Below, one piece after another: positions 19,042-30,121 of a DNA stretch of 64,000 nucleotides. How positions within the stretch are numbered: position 1 is the first letter of the stretch; each line of letters opens with the position of its first letter. Origin of the DNA: a bacterium (GTDB taxonomy: Bacteria > Cyanobacteriota > Vampirovibrionia > Obscuribacterales > JAKAZS01); contig JAKAZS010000004.1 in assembly GCA_021815785.1 (NCBI GenBank), positions 58 to 64,057 on the forward strand, written 5' to 3'. The position numbers were made by a program, and so were the translations under genes. The notes beneath the pieces were generated by a model. The model saw only the letters and a list, made by a program, of their open reading frames with translations, was not told where the DNA came from and did no database searches.

Positions 19042-20232
19042 TTACAAAAAATAAAAGGTGCAGGCTAAAATCAAATAAAGCGCCAAGAGTTGAAAGCCTT
19101 CAAGCCAATTACATTCACCATCTACGGCCACAAACGATAAAATAATAACCGATACAGCAATGGAAAGTACTTCAAAATAAGAAAAGCACAAATTCATAGG
19201 CTTGCCGATAATAAAACTGGCAAAAACAATAATCGGAGCCACAAAAAGCGCTATTTGACTGCCTGAACCTAAGGCAATATTAATACTTAAATCAATTTTG
19301 TTTTTCATGGCAAAATATACTGCCGTTGAATGCTCAGCAGCATTACCAATTATGGCAATTAAAATCACGCCAATAAAAGTTTGACTTAATCCCAGTGATT
19401 TAGCAAAGGGTTCAAGGCTAGCAACCAAAATATCACTTAAGACGGTTACCAAAATTGTCGCAATTACTAAAATAAACATCGCGGTTTTAAAAGACTGTTT
19501 CGTTTCAACGTTGATCGCACCAGATCCAACGCTTAATGATTGCTCCAGCGATAAATTTGTTATGCTAGTATCAGCAACTGCTGCGGTTACCCCCAAATCT
19601 GACCAATCATTACCACCAATTTCAGAAACTTTTTGCGGATCAGTTTCACTACTTCCTGTAAATAAATTTTTATGGGTTTTTAAGGTAAAAAACAAACTAG
19701 CCAAATAAGTAGAAAATAATATCACGGAAATAAATAAAGCTAGCCTTGACTCATGCAAAACTTTAAGATTATTAGATGATGCAAAATATATATAATGAAA
19801 TACGGTCGGAATAATTAAACTTATCGAAGCCAAAGCTAATAAAGTAGCTGAAGTCATTGCCGCAACTTTATTAAATCTTTGATGTTGCCGGTTAAACCCA
19901 CCAAAAAACATTGAAGCACCTAAAACTAACAACACATTACTGATAATCGAACCAGTAAGTGAGGCTTTAACAACTTCATAAAAACCACTTTTCAAAGCAG
20001 TGATAGCAATAATTAATTCACAGGCATTACCAAAACTGGCATTTAACAACCCGCCAATAACCTCACCGACATGATTAGACAGGTTTTCAGTAGCTTCGCC
20101 CATAAATTTTGCTAACGGAATAATGCCTAAACAAGCACAAACAAAACTATAAATATTTGCTCCATACCGCCATTTACAATAAATGGCCAAAGGAATAAAC
20201 AGTAACATCAACCGGTAAATTTTAGATTTCAT
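19042..20232 (-). CDS. Ca2+/H+ antiporter, CaCA (CAX/ChaA) family
   Basis: Two alpha-repeat signatures, GNACELIIAI and GNAAEHSTAV, within a polytopic membrane protein that has a central acidic/hydrophilic loop. Confidence 0.85.
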   Translation of the reverse strand: MKSKIYRLMLLFIPLAIYCKWRYGANIYSFVCACLGIIPLAKFMGEATENLSNHVGEVIGGLLNASFGNACELIIAITALKSGFYEVVKASLTGSIISNVLLVLGASMFFGGFNRQHQRFNKVAAMTSATLLALASISLIIPTVFHYIYFASSNNLKVLHESRLALFISVILFSTYLASLFFTLKTHKNLFTGSSETDPQKVSEIGGNDWSDLGVTAAVADTSITNLSLEQSLSVGSGAINVETKQSFKTAMFILVIATILVTVLSDILVASLEPFAKSLGLSQTFIGVILIAIIGNAAEHSTAVYFAMKNKIDLSINIALGSGSQIALFVAPIIVFASFIIGKPMNLCFSYFEVLSIAVSVIILSFVAVDGECNWLEGFQLLALYLILACTFYFL

Positions 20233-20375
20233 GAAGACTAAACATAAAAAAAATATTAATCAAATAGAAAATATATACATACTCATATCAATTTTATAAT
20301 AGAATTAAGAAAATAATTTTAAAATTAGCAAATTAATTTTTTACTTAATTGATAAAACAAGGATAATTAACTATC

Positions 20376-21734
20376 ATGACCGGAACCAATCTTAATGAAA
20401 AAAGTCTTCAATCTATTTCTGACGATCTCAAAAAAAACTTAGGCCAAAGTGGCGACAAGGCTTCACAGTTCCCGCTCACCCGCATGGAATGCGAAAGCGA
20501 GTTGTTTTTACAAGCCCAAAGCCAACTTGATGAAGTGGCTAAATCGATGGGTCTAGAGAAACACTTACATGAGCGACTCCGTTATCCTAAACGTGCCATG
20601 ATTGTTAGCATACCTGTAAAAATGGATGACAAAAGTGTTAAAAGCTTTGTCGGTTACCGGGTTCAACATGATGTGACTCTAGGGCCAGCTAAAGGTGGGA
20701 TACGTTTTCATCCTAGTGTCAATCTAGGTGAAGTAGCTGCATTAGCCATGCTTATGACTTGGAAATGTGCGCTTATGGGTTTACCCTATGGCGGAGCCAA
20801 AGGTGGTATTAACTGTAAGCCCTGGAATTTGTCGATAGGGGAAAACGAAAGATTAACCCGGCGTTATACTTCGGAAATTATTAATTTAATTGGTCCCGAT
20901 AAAGACATTCCAGCACCTGACATGTATACCAATGAACAAACTATGGCCTGGATCATGGATACTTATAGTATTAATGTTGGCTACACCGTTCCATCTGTGG
21001 TTACCGGTAAGCCCGTTTCTATTGGTGGCAGCCTTGGTCGTCAAGAAGCTACCGGACGTGGTGTAGCACATTGCACCAAACGAGCCAACCAGGATTTTCT
21101 TAAATTAACCAGTCATCCTCGAACTGTAATTCAAGGATTTGGCAATGTTGGCTCAATTACCGCTAAAATGCTTTATGAATCAGATTATCAGATTATTGCG
21201 GTAAGTGATGTATTTGGGGGCATTTACAATAAAAACGGCTTAGATATCCATAAACTTTTTCAACATGTGCAAAAAACTGGAAAAGTTGAAGGTTTTGAGG
21301 GTTCACAACCGGTTTCTAATGAAGCTCTTTTAGAATTAGACTGTGATATTTTAATTCCAGCTGCTCTTGGCAATCAAATCACCCAGGAAAACGTAAGTAA
21401 AATTCAAACCAAATTAATTGTTGAAGGTGCCAACGGCCCAGTTAATCCAGAAGCAGATAGCTATCTTAAAAAAAATAATGTTATTGTCGTTCCAGATATC
21501 CTGGCTAATGCTGGTGGAGTTACGGTTAGTTATTTTGAATGGGTGCAAGGCTTAATGCATTTACTCTGGAGTGAAAATGAAGTAAATAAACGCCTCGAAC
21601 AATTGATGGATAAAGCTTGCGATGAAGTATTTAAACTTAGTCTGGATAGAAATATCCGTTTAAGAATGGCTGCTTTACAAATAGGGATTTCCCGATTAGC
21701 TGAAGCCAAACAATTACGGGGTTTATACCCTTAA
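20376..21734 (+). CDS. gdhA: glutamate dehydrogenase
   Basis: Active-site region GPAKGGIRF and LPYGGAKGG; dinucleotide fold QGFGNVG. Confidence 0.9.
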   Translation: MTGTNLNEKSLQSISDDLKKNLGQSGDKASQFPLTRMECESELFLQAQSQLDEVAKSMGLEKHLHERLRYPKRAMIVSIPVKMDDKSVKSFVGYRVQHDVTLGPAKGGIRFHPSVNLGEVAALAMLMTWKCALMGLPYGGAKGGINCKPWNLSIGENERLTRRYTSEIINLIGPDKDIPAPDMYTNEQTMAWIMDTYSINVGYTVPSVVTGKPVSIGGSLGRQEATGRGVAHCTKRANQDFLKLTSHPRTVIQGFGNVGSITAKMLYESDYQIIAVSDVFGGIYNKNGLDIHKLFQHVQKTGKVEGFEGSQPVSNEALLELDCDILIPAALGNQITQENVSKIQTKLIVEGANGPVNPEADSYLKKNNVIVVPDILANAGGVTVSYFEWVQGLMHLLWSENEVNKRLEQLMDKACDEVFKLSLDRNIRLRMAALQIGISRLAEAKQLRGLYP

Positions 21735-21866
21735 GGGTATTAAGCTAAAATGGCAAAGCTAATTTTTACACAAAACTTTATTTTCCGATAAAATTCAGAT
21801 AAAAAATTCAAAAATTGGGAATTAATAATATATAACTATTTTTAGGGTTAAGTAAATTTAAAATCA

Positions 21867-23489
21867 ATGTTTAATAATAAAAAGCCATCTTCACCAAGAG
21901 ACTTAAGGTTGCCTAAACAGCGAACCATTCCTTCTTACAATGAAGTGCAGTTTTTAATGGAAGAAGCTTATAAAATCAAAGGGCGTTGGGTTGAACAACC
22001 GTTTTCCATTCCTGATCATAAATCTGAATTACTGTTATCGGTTCGTTTAAACAGTCCTCAAGAAGAGCCAAGTTGGATGCTATCGCAAATTGAAGGTAGC
22101 GAATCATCTGTATTATGGAATTATTCAAGTCGCGATTTATCGTTAATCTGCAACTTACTGTTATCCAGTTCAGGAGAAAGTACTTTACAGGATTCAGCCA
22201 TTCCTAGCGATGCCTTTTCCGGGTCCATGGGTGAAGCCACTGCAGCTTTAAATGATGGCCAAACGGTTAGCCACGGGCAATATCAAGAAGTCAACAGTTA
22301 CACCACTTTAATTTTTGATCCACCACGTCCCGGAATTAAAGCCACGCTTGAAGGCGATTTAAAGAATTTACAAGTACCCAATCTCCTCCAATCGATTAAT
22401 TTAGCAAAAATGTCTGGCTTGTTGGATGTCAGAAGTAAAGCCGATGAAACCAAAATTTACTTTAACGATGGCACGCCTTACCACTGCCTTTCACGCGATT
22501 CAAAAGGTGACATGGCCTTAATTGAACTTCTTATCTGGGAAGAAGGTGAGTTTAGATTCTGGCCCGAAGAAAAAGTCCAGGAAAAGACCGTAATGCGAAG
22601 GCTAGACTCTATCCTTATGGAAGGTGTGACATTATTAGATCAATATCGTTATTTAACCAGCCAGGGATTAAAACTTGAATCCTGTTTAATTAAGAAAAAT
22701 TCAGTAATATCTGAAGAAGAATTTAAAACTAGACTAACCAAAGGTGCCCCAATTCCTTTAAATCCCCAACTAGACTTCTACGAATTAATTGACAACCGCA
22801 GTTCGCTTTTTGATTTATTGCGCAATCGCCCTTTAAATAAAAATGAATGGATTCCGATTATGTTTAACCTGGTTTCCTGTGGTCTCATTCAAATTACCGA
22901 TCAAGCCCCAGCACAGAATCGACTAGCTTATCTAAAATCGTTAGGCTTAGATGAAGGAGCCGTTCAATCAGTTTTAAAGAGTTTAACTCGAGCCGAATCA
23001 GGGATTTTAACTTACCCTTCCTTCTTTTATTTCCTTGACCAGGAATATTTACGCTATGAATATTTTAATTTACCATTTTCCTTGGTCTTATTTAGCCTAG
23101 GACAAAGAACTAGTCCTAATGCACCAGTAGAATCGCTGCCTATGCTAGCAGTACGCAGGGCAATGCAGAGAATTGGCCTGATTAAACGTAACGTTGACAT
23201 TATTGGACACTACGAAACTTTTGACTATGGTATCATATTACCAAACACCAATTCGGCAGCAGCAATGGCGTTAACGAATAGAGTTTCTGATGTTTTACGC
23301 GAAGCTCCACTCTCATCCAATATGGATCCACGCGCATTGGCACTAGCTTTTGGCGTAGCTTCAATACCTGACGATTGCCAGGAATTAGACAAATTAGTTA
23401 ATCTGGCTAAAGCCTGTCGCGAACGCGCCAAGCAAACCAATCAAAGGGTATTTTTGGCTAGAGATTTAGGCATTAAACCAAATAGTTAA
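21867..23489 (+). CDS. DUF4388 (PATAN-like) domain protein with a degenerate GGDEF-like C-terminal domain
   Basis: DUF4388 pattern LEGDLKNLQVPNLLQSINLAKMSGLLDV...IYFNDGTPYHC...ALIELLIWEEGEFRF. The C-terminus aligns to the GGDEF fold, but the signature is replaced by GHYETFDYGIILPNT. Confidence 0.55.
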   Translation: MFNNKKPSSPRDLRLPKQRTIPSYNEVQFLMEEAYKIKGRWVEQPFSIPDHKSELLLSVRLNSPQEEPSWMLSQIEGSESSVLWNYSSRDLSLICNLLLSSSGESTLQDSAIPSDAFSGSMGEATAALNDGQTVSHGQYQEVNSYTTLIFDPPRPGIKATLEGDLKNLQVPNLLQSINLAKMSGLLDVRSKADETKIYFNDGTPYHCLSRDSKGDMALIELLIWEEGEFRFWPEEKVQEKTVMRRLDSILMEGVTLLDQYRYLTSQGLKLESCLIKKNSVISEEEFKTRLTKGAPIPLNPQLDFYELIDNRSSLFDLLRNRPLNKNEWIPIMFNLVSCGLIQITDQAPAQNRLAYLKSLGLDEGAVQSVLKSLTRAESGILTYPSFFYFLDQEYLRYEYFNLPFSLVLFSLGQRTSPNAPVESLPMLAVRRAMQRIGLIKRNVDIIGHYETFDYGIILPNTNSAAAMALTNRVSDVLREAPLSSNMDPRALALAFGVASIPDDCQELDKLVNLAKACRERAKQTNQRVFLARDLGIKPNS

Positions 23490-23564
23490 CTACTTATCGA
23501 TCATTGCTATAGCTAATCTAATTAATCAAGTAAAAGTATAAACCAAATATTTAAATAACTAGGT

Positions 23565-24695
23565 TTAACGCAACAACCAAAAACCTAAACTTAAGATTGT
23601 AAGCAATGCTACTAAAATCAACAATCTCTTGTTGCGCTGCCATTTAGTCAACGGCTTTGCAGTCGGTAAATTACTAGTTGATTTTTTTAGAACTCGATAA
23701 GGGACAAAGCTTTCTTTATACGTTTTCAAAGGAATGGCTTGCTGTAATTCATTAATAAATTCCGACATGTTTTCTTGGCGATCATGCGGAATTTTGGCTA
23801 AACCACGTGTAATCAGGGCATCTAGTTCGGGCGATATATTATTTTCAGCGCAAGCAGTACTAGGTGGCACTACTGGATCCTTAAATTTCATGGCCATAGT
23901 AGCTGCAAAATTTTTACCCAAATAAGGTACTTCGCCAGTCAAACACTCATACATAACCGTAGCAATTGAATAAATGTCACTGGTAGCCTCTAACTCTGTA
24001 CCCATACACTGTTCAGGAGACATATAGATAGGCGATCCCCAAACTTCACCCATACGCGTCAATTTATTAGCATCCTCACGGATCCGGGCAATACCAAAAT
24101 CAAAAACCTTGACCTGATATCTACTGCTATCATTATTATAAAGAAGAATAATATTAGCCGGCTTAAGATCACGATGGATTATTCCTAAACTATGGGCATG
24201 ATCTAATGCATCACAAACCTGGAGAAATATATCACGAACAAATTTTGGCTTTAACCTTCCTGATTTGGACAATAACTGTTCTAATGTTTCACCATCAAGA
24301 ATATCCATAACAAAATAGGGTTGATTCTTACGACTGGTACCATAGTCATAAACCTGAACTATACCAGGATGATTTAATCTGTACAAGGTTTCAGCCTCAC
24401 GCTGAAACCGCTTAATTATTAATTCATCAGTTTCGCCAAGCACACGCAAAGCTTTAACAGCCTTAAAAGTATTATCCGTAAAATCTTTTACACGGTAGAC
24501 AATACTCATCCCACCACTACCCAACACTGATAAAACATAATATCGACGTTTAAGAATATTGCCAACCAATAAATCTTGATTGTCATTAGGGATTACAATT
24601 CTATACAAATTGCAATCTAAAGTATTTGTATTTATACTACGTAAACAAATTTTTTTATTTATATAATATCTTAGTATTTTTTTAAAACTCAACAT
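23565..24695 (-). CDS. Hanks-type Ser/Thr protein kinase with a C-terminal transmembrane anchor
   Basis: GSGGMSIVY, AVKAL, HRDLKPANIIL, DFG, SPEQ, and a C-terminal LLILVALLTILSLGFWLL segment. Confidence 0.85.
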   Translation of the reverse strand: MLSFKKILRYYINKKICLRSINTNTLDCNLYRIVIPNDNQDLLVGNILKRRYYVLSVLGSGGMSIVYRVKDFTDNTFKAVKALRVLGETDELIIKRFQREAETLYRLNHPGIVQVYDYGTSRKNQPYFVMDILDGETLEQLLSKSGRLKPKFVRDIFLQVCDALDHAHSLGIIHRDLKPANIILLYNNDSSRYQVKVFDFGIARIREDANKLTRMGEVWGSPIYMSPEQCMGTELEATSDIYSIATVMYECLTGEVPYLGKNFAATMAMKFKDPVVPPSTACAENNISPELDALITRGLAKIPHDRQENMSEFINELQQAIPLKTYKESFVPYRVLKKSTSNLPTAKPLTKWQRNKRLLILVALLTILSLGFWLLR

Positions 24696-24747
24696 TTATC
24701 TTATACACTTCATTGATTTAAAGATTATACTAATTGCCGACCAGTAT

Positions 24748-26019
24748 TTAAGGGATATATGCATTGACGATGATCTGAAAGAAACCAAGGATAAGACCAA
24801 TTATACCGCCGAGAATCTCGAGTAACCATAATTCATTTTTGCAAATTCTTTGGACTAAGGATTCTAATTGTGGAGCTGAAAACAAATCAATTTTATTCGA
24901 AATCAAGGAATACATACCTAATTTAGGTAAAGCTTTACTTATTAATTCGCCAATTTCTCGCTTAAGATAAGCATAGGCAAAACCACTGAAGTCCTTTTTA
25001 GCTCTGGCTATCCAAGTCAGGGGAATTGTCGCTGGATTAAAATGGATAATGGCTTCCTGAACTGTTTGTCTTGCCTCAGATTCAATTCGCGAAACGGCCA
25101 GTAAAATATCTTGTTTGTGCCCAACTAAAAAAGACTCTGTTAAAGTGACAAAACTTGATTTTAAGTTAGCAATATTTTGCAAAGGTAGCGATCTTAAATC
25201 AAAATTAGCGATTTGTACCGATATTTGATCTTTAATGGCAAATCTCCTTATAATATCACTAATAAGTTCCTGGGCTGAAGCTGGTTCAGTTTCTAAAAAA
25301 GTTTTCAATTCATAACAAATTCGTTTTACACCAATAATTCGCGCCAGAATTTTATAGGCGGTACTGGCATGAGTCTGAATTGACTCTTCTAATGAATTAA
25401 TATTATGCGGAGTCAAAAGACCAAGCAGTGTCATTCTGACTTTTTGTGGTGTCACTAATTCTTCCATAATCCGACCCGCAATATTACTAGCTTGTTCATA
25501 TGAAATGCGAGCCGGTAAAATCACTTCATCAAAAACTTTATCCAGAATATTTCCAATTTTTTTACTCTCATTATTTTCCAATTCACTTAATAGCGAATTA
25601 ACAATATGTTCAAGAATTGCTGGACTAAGATCAGCTATATCACTAGCTAGCCGATGAATCTTATCAATATCACGAAATTCTCGTAAAATAGATTCAATAA
25701 ACAAATTAACAGCTAAATAAATATTTTCCTCAGTAACTAAAAGTTCAGCCTGATGAGTAATGTCTTCAGCAGTCAACAATGTTTCCGTAATCGTTGAAGC
25801 TACGGCTTGAGCAAGCTTTGTCTTACGTTTAGGGAAAATACCTGGTGTTAACGGAATTTGAATTTTGGTAAACAAAAAATAATGTGGGTTATATGGCCTG
25901 AACAATGCGGCTACAGCCATTTTAGTAGCAAGCCAGCCATGAAAGCCATAGAATAATGGGGGGAAAATTACTTTCCAAAAAATTATTGTTGGTGAACTAA
26001 ATAACGCTTCAAAACTCAT
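24748..26019 (-). CDS. DUF445-like membrane protein
   Basis: N- and C-terminal hydrophobic helices with a long helical middle; LTPGIFPKRKTKLAQAVASTITETLL resembles DUF445. It lies 52 nt upstream of the kinase gene on the same strand. Confidence 0.45.
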   Translation of the reverse strand: MSFEALFSSPTIIFWKVIFPPLFYGFHGWLATKMAVAALFRPYNPHYFLFTKIQIPLTPGIFPKRKTKLAQAVASTITETLLTAEDITHQAELLVTEENIYLAVNLFIESILREFRDIDKIHRLASDIADLSPAILEHIVNSLLSELENNESKKIGNILDKVFDEVILPARISYEQASNIAGRIMEELVTPQKVRMTLLGLLTPHNINSLEESIQTHASTAYKILARIIGVKRICYELKTFLETEPASAQELISDIIRRFAIKDQISVQIANFDLRSLPLQNIANLKSSFVTLTESFLVGHKQDILLAVSRIESEARQTVQEAIIHFNPATIPLTWIARAKKDFSGFAYAYLKREIGELISKALPKLGMYSLISNKIDLFSAPQLESLVQRICKNELWLLEILGGIIGLILGFFQIIVNAYIP

Positions 26020-26274
26020 TTAAATTAATTAATTACCCAATTATGATTGTTTTAGTTTGCCTAACTAAATTTTACTAGTTTAATAATTAATCATTGTTAG
26101 CATAATCATTATTTTATTAATTTTGAACTAGTAAAGATATATAATAAAGTTTGTAAATTTTATTATATATCGCATTAATTTCAATTATAGGATATATGTA
26201 ATTTTTATTAGCAAATTAAATTTGCATACATTAAATAATTTATTACTACTACAACTGTTTTAGGTTTAACTTAC

Positions 26275-27081
26275 ATGCAAGCTATACTCAATACATATAT
26301 TCTAATCTCCATTCTCCTGCTCCTAAATAGTCAGTTATCAGCAAGCGCAGGTGAAAATTATCTTAAATTAAAAATTGACCGTTGTAAAGCTACCCTTGAC
26401 GCTAATCCCAATGATCCTAAATACGCCCTTGAATTAGCAACCGCCTATTTATATCAAAATAACATCAAGGAAGCCATAACTGCCTATAATCATGTCTTAG
26501 CCTTAAAGTGCGATAACAACCAAAGAAGCAAAGCTTATCTAGGTTTAAGCCAGTGTTATGCAAATTTAAAAGACTTTGACAAAGCCATAAATATTCTCAA
26601 TTCGGCCTGTAAAAATATAACTAATCAATTTGCTTTATTCAGTAAATTAGGTGAATTATATATTATTACCAACAAACCCGATTTAGCCCTTAACAACTTT
26701 AAACAAGCTAGCAATTTAAGCCCTAACGACAGCAAAATCCATGTTTTCATGGGCATGGCGTATGGTTTAATGAATAAGAATACGCAGGAAGTGAATGAAG
26801 ATAAAATTGCCATAAAACTTGACCCTAAAAATAGCGATGCTTACTATTATTTAGCTTTAGCCTACCTCAATAATAATAATGTTGTTGAAGCCAAAGCCAA
26901 TACCCTCCAGGCTATTGCCACCAATCCCGAAAATGCTGATGCCTATAAACTCCTGGCCTGTATTTTTGCCTCAAGCCAAGATAAAATCAATGCTTTAAAA
27001 AACATTAATAAAGCCATTGAACTAAATCCAAGTAATGAAAATTATCAAAAAATCTTAACTAAAATCAATAAAATGCCATAG
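26275..27081 (+). CDS. secreted TPR repeat protein
   Basis: Signal peptide ILISILLLLNSQLSASA followed by tandem TPR-like repeats. Confidence 0.7.
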   Translation: MQAILNTYILISILLLLNSQLSASAGENYLKLKIDRCKATLDANPNDPKYALELATAYLYQNNIKEAITAYNHVLALKCDNNQRSKAYLGLSQCYANLKDFDKAINILNSACKNITNQFALFSKLGELYIITNKPDLALNNFKQASNLSPNDSKIHVFMGMAYGLMNKNTQEVNEDKIAIKLDPKNSDAYYYLALAYLNNNNVVEAKANTLQAIATNPENADAYKLLACIFASSQDKINALKNINKAIELNPSNENYQKILTKINKMP

Positions 27082-27373
27082 CTTTTCAAGTTTTAAAGAA
27101 ATTTTATCTATTAGAGACAATTCTTTTCCTTAGACTCTGTTTACAGACCTAAACTTTAAAATACTGTAATTTGCCTAAATCTTAACTGTTCGGAATTAAG
27201 TAAAATTACATTATTTAGCCTAATTTACTATGCGTTATATATATAAATTAAATTTTAAGGTTACCCAACTTATGCCTGATATATTGTAAACTAGTATATT
27301 GTAAAGTATGCTTTATACGAGTATAATTACTTTGTGATATTTTCACATTATTATATAAACACCCTATTTGTAA

Positions 27374-28555
27374 ATGAGGTACTATTTCGTGCTAGAACTT
27401 GCTGGTAAAAATGATAAATCAGATAAATCTGAATTAAAAGCTAAAATTAAAGTTATTGGCGTTGGTGGCGCAGGTTCTAATGCTGTAAATCGCATGATCG
27501 CAGCTGGCCTACATTCTGTAGAATTCTGGGTCTGTAATACCGATGCTCAAGCGTTAGAGTTATCAGCAGCACCTAATCGCCTCCAGATTGGTGCCAAATT
27601 AACCCGCGGACTTGGTGCTGGCGGGAATCCTATTGTCGGTCAAAAAGCAGCTGAAGAAAGTCGCGAAGAGATAATTGCCGCAATTAAAGGTGCCGATATG
27701 GTGTTTATTGCAGCCGGAATGGGTGGCGGAACCGGTACCGGTGCTGCTCCAGTTGTTGCCGAATTGGCTCGTGAAAGTGGAGCTTTAACCGTTGGTGTAG
27801 TATCTCGTCCGTTTGCCTTTGAAGGTAAACGCAGAATGACTCAAGCCGAATCAGGCATAGCCGAAATTAAAGCCCGTGTTGATACATTAATTGTTATTCC
27901 TAATCAACGACTCCTTGAAGTAGTTGATCATCGAGCTTCTATGCAAGAAGCATTTGTTGAAGCTGATAAAGTTTTAATGCAAGGAGTTCAAGGTATATCC
28001 GACATAATTACTGTTCCAGGTTTAATTAATGTAGACTTTGCTGACGTTAAAGCTATCATGCAAACCGCTGGATCTGCGCTTATGGGTGTAGGTCGGGCAA
28101 CCGGTGAAGGCAGGGCTATTGAAGCCGCTCGCAATGCCATTAACAGTCCATTACTTGAAACCACTGTTAATGGTGCCAGTGGAGTGATTTTCAGTGTAAC
28201 CGGTGGACCAGATTTAACCTTACACGAAGTTCAAGAAGCCGCTAATATTGTCTATCAGTCAGTATCAGATGAAGCTAACATTATTATCGGTGCTGTTCTG
28301 GATGAAAGACTTCATGGTGAAGTTTTAATTACGGTAATTGCAACTGGTTTTGATATGGCTTATCAGCACACTGGTCAAAATCAGCAAACAACAGTTCCCA
28401 CTCATAAAGAAACCGTCGGCCGAGAACTTAACTCCAGCCCAAAAGTTAAATCGCCATCAGCCAAACAACAGGTTGCGCAAAATCCAGAAATGAAAAAAAT
28501 CGCTTCGGATATTTTAGATATCCCTGAATTCTTACGCTCACGTCAGGAAAAATAA
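27374..28555 (+). CDS. ftsZ: cell division protein FtsZ
   Basis: [12 protein letters not shown] and the tubulin signature [12 protein letters not shown], plus C-terminal DIPEFLR. The true start may be GTG 27389, 9 nt after GAGG at 27376-27379. Confidence 0.95.
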   Translation: MRYYFVLELAGKNDKSDKSELKAKIKVIGVGGAGSNAVNRMIAAGLHSVEFWVCNTDAQALELSAAPNRLQIGAKLTRGLGAGGNPIVGQKAAEESREEIIAAIKGADMVFIAAGMGGGTGTGAAPVVAELARESGALTVGVVSRPFAFEGKRRMTQAESGIAEIKARVDTLIVIPNQRLLEVVDHRASMQEAFVEADKVLMQGVQGISDIITVPGLINVDFADVKAIMQTAGSALMGVGRATGEGRAIEAARNAINSPLLETTVNGASGVIFSVTGGPDLTLHEVQEAANIVYQSVSDEANIIIGAVLDERLHGEVLITVIATGFDMAYQHTGQNQQTTVPTHKETVGRELNSSPKVKSPSAKQQVAQNPEMKKIASDILDIPEFLRSRQEK

Positions 28556-28572
28556 CAGTTTAAAAACATAAA

Positions 28573-30120
28573 TTGTTAATAATTTTAATTATCTTAATAG
28601 GCTTGGTTCTTTATTTACCATATTTAGGTGGTTATGGCCCATTAGATCCTACTGACAGCTTTTTTCTCGAATCAGCACGCGAAATGGTAGAAACGAATCA
28701 GTTTTTACTGCCGATGTTTAATTATAAACTGTGGCTTGATAAACCGGTTTATTGCTTTTGGATAATTGCTGGTTTTTATAAGTGCTTTGGTGTAAGTACT
28801 TTTATGGGTAGACTGCCCAGTGCTTTAGCCTCTATCCTTACGGCCTGCGGAATATTTGGCCTATCAGACAAAATCGTTAACACCAGAATTAGATTTCTAA
28901 GTAGTATTTTCTATCTTTCGTTCCCGCTAATTGCCATATATAGTAGAACTCCACTGACAGACAGTATTTTAACTGGTCTGTTGACCATTACCGTACTAGC
29001 CCTATATCGTACCTTGTTTTGTGCAGATAAATTTGCCAACATCTTATTTTATCTTTGCTTAAGTCTGGCTATCCTTTGCAAAGGACCGATAGCATTGATC
29101 TTAATCATATTACTATGGCTAAGTCAATATGTTATTTATGGTATCAATCCATTTATCCAACTCAGAACCAAATTATTATCGGCAAAAGGCTTAACCCTTT
29201 TCTTTGTCATACTCATGCCCTGGTATATTATTGCTACTATCCAAACACAGGGTAAGTTTTTTTATGAATTCTTTATTCACCAAAATTTTGGCCGAATGGT
29301 AGGTAAAGTAAATCATCAAAATCCAGTTTGGTTTTATATTCCAGTTATTTTAGCTGGATTCTTACCTTATAATATATTTTTAGGCTATTTAGCCAAATAT
29401 TTAAAAAATAATCAGACACAAGATAATAACGAAAAAAAACTGTTGTTATTTTCCTTATCGTGGTCGGTTATATGTTTTACCTTATTTAGTTTAATTCCCA
29501 CCAAATTGCCAACCTACATCCTTCCGGGAAGTATTGGGATTGCAATTGCCAGTGCAATTGTTATTAATTATTTAGTTGAAGCAAATAAATTTAAATTATT
29601 AAATATTTTAAGCCTGTTTCTCGGCATTATTAGCCTTGTCTTTGCATCAAGGCTTCTTCATCTATCAAAACTACTTAATGTTATAAGTTCGACCTCTAGT
29701 TTTAGTCTATATCTATCAGGCTTTTTATTTATCGCGCTTGTTTTTAGTAAACCAAAATACAAACTAGATTTATTTATTTTAAGCTTTATTATGCTAGAAG
29801 CCTTTCTCTTACCCAATTCATTTATGACTTATTTCAATATAAGACAAACCCCCTTTAACAATATAACTAATATTATTAAAGCCAACCATGGCAGTGCTGC
29901 ACTTATATATGCCGAACAGCCCAGCATTCAGTACGAACTTAAAACAAAAGTACCCAGTATCAAATCGCAAGAGGAAATGCAAGCATACCTTGATACCAAT
30001 AATACCAACAAATATTTAATTGTACCGCAGGAAGTGGTTAATTTGCTAAAATGGCTTAAGGGCAGACCTTATACCTTTATCACCAAACAAGATAAATGGA
30101 TTTTATATAATATTCAGTAA
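28573..30120 (+). CDS. GT39/GT83-like membrane glycosyltransferase (ArnT/PMT family)
   Basis: About 12 predicted transmembrane segments. The first loop, DPTDSFFLESAREM, is typical of ArnT/PMT-type enzymes. It starts 17 nt after ftsZ. Confidence 0.65.
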   Translation: MLIILIILIGLVLYLPYLGGYGPLDPTDSFFLESAREMVETNQFLLPMFNYKLWLDKPVYCFWIIAGFYKCFGVSTFMGRLPSALASILTACGIFGLSDKIVNTRIRFLSSIFYLSFPLIAIYSRTPLTDSILTGLLTITVLALYRTLFCADKFANILFYLCLSLAILCKGPIALILIILLWLSQYVIYGINPFIQLRTKLLSAKGLTLFFVILMPWYIIATIQTQGKFFYEFFIHQNFGRMVGKVNHQNPVWFYIPVILAGFLPYNIFLGYLAKYLKNNQTQDNNEKKLLLFSLSWSVICFTLFSLIPTKLPTYILPGSIGIAIASAIVINYLVEANKFKLLNILSLFLGIISLVFASRLLHLSKLLNVISSTSSFSLYLSGFLFIALVFSKPKYKLDLFILSFIMLEAFLLPNSFMTYFNIRQTPFNNITNIIKANHGSAALIYAEQPSIQYELKTKVPSIKSQEEMQAYLDTNNTNKYLIVPQEVVNLLKWLKGRPYTFITKQDKWILYNIQ

Positions 30121-30121
30121 A

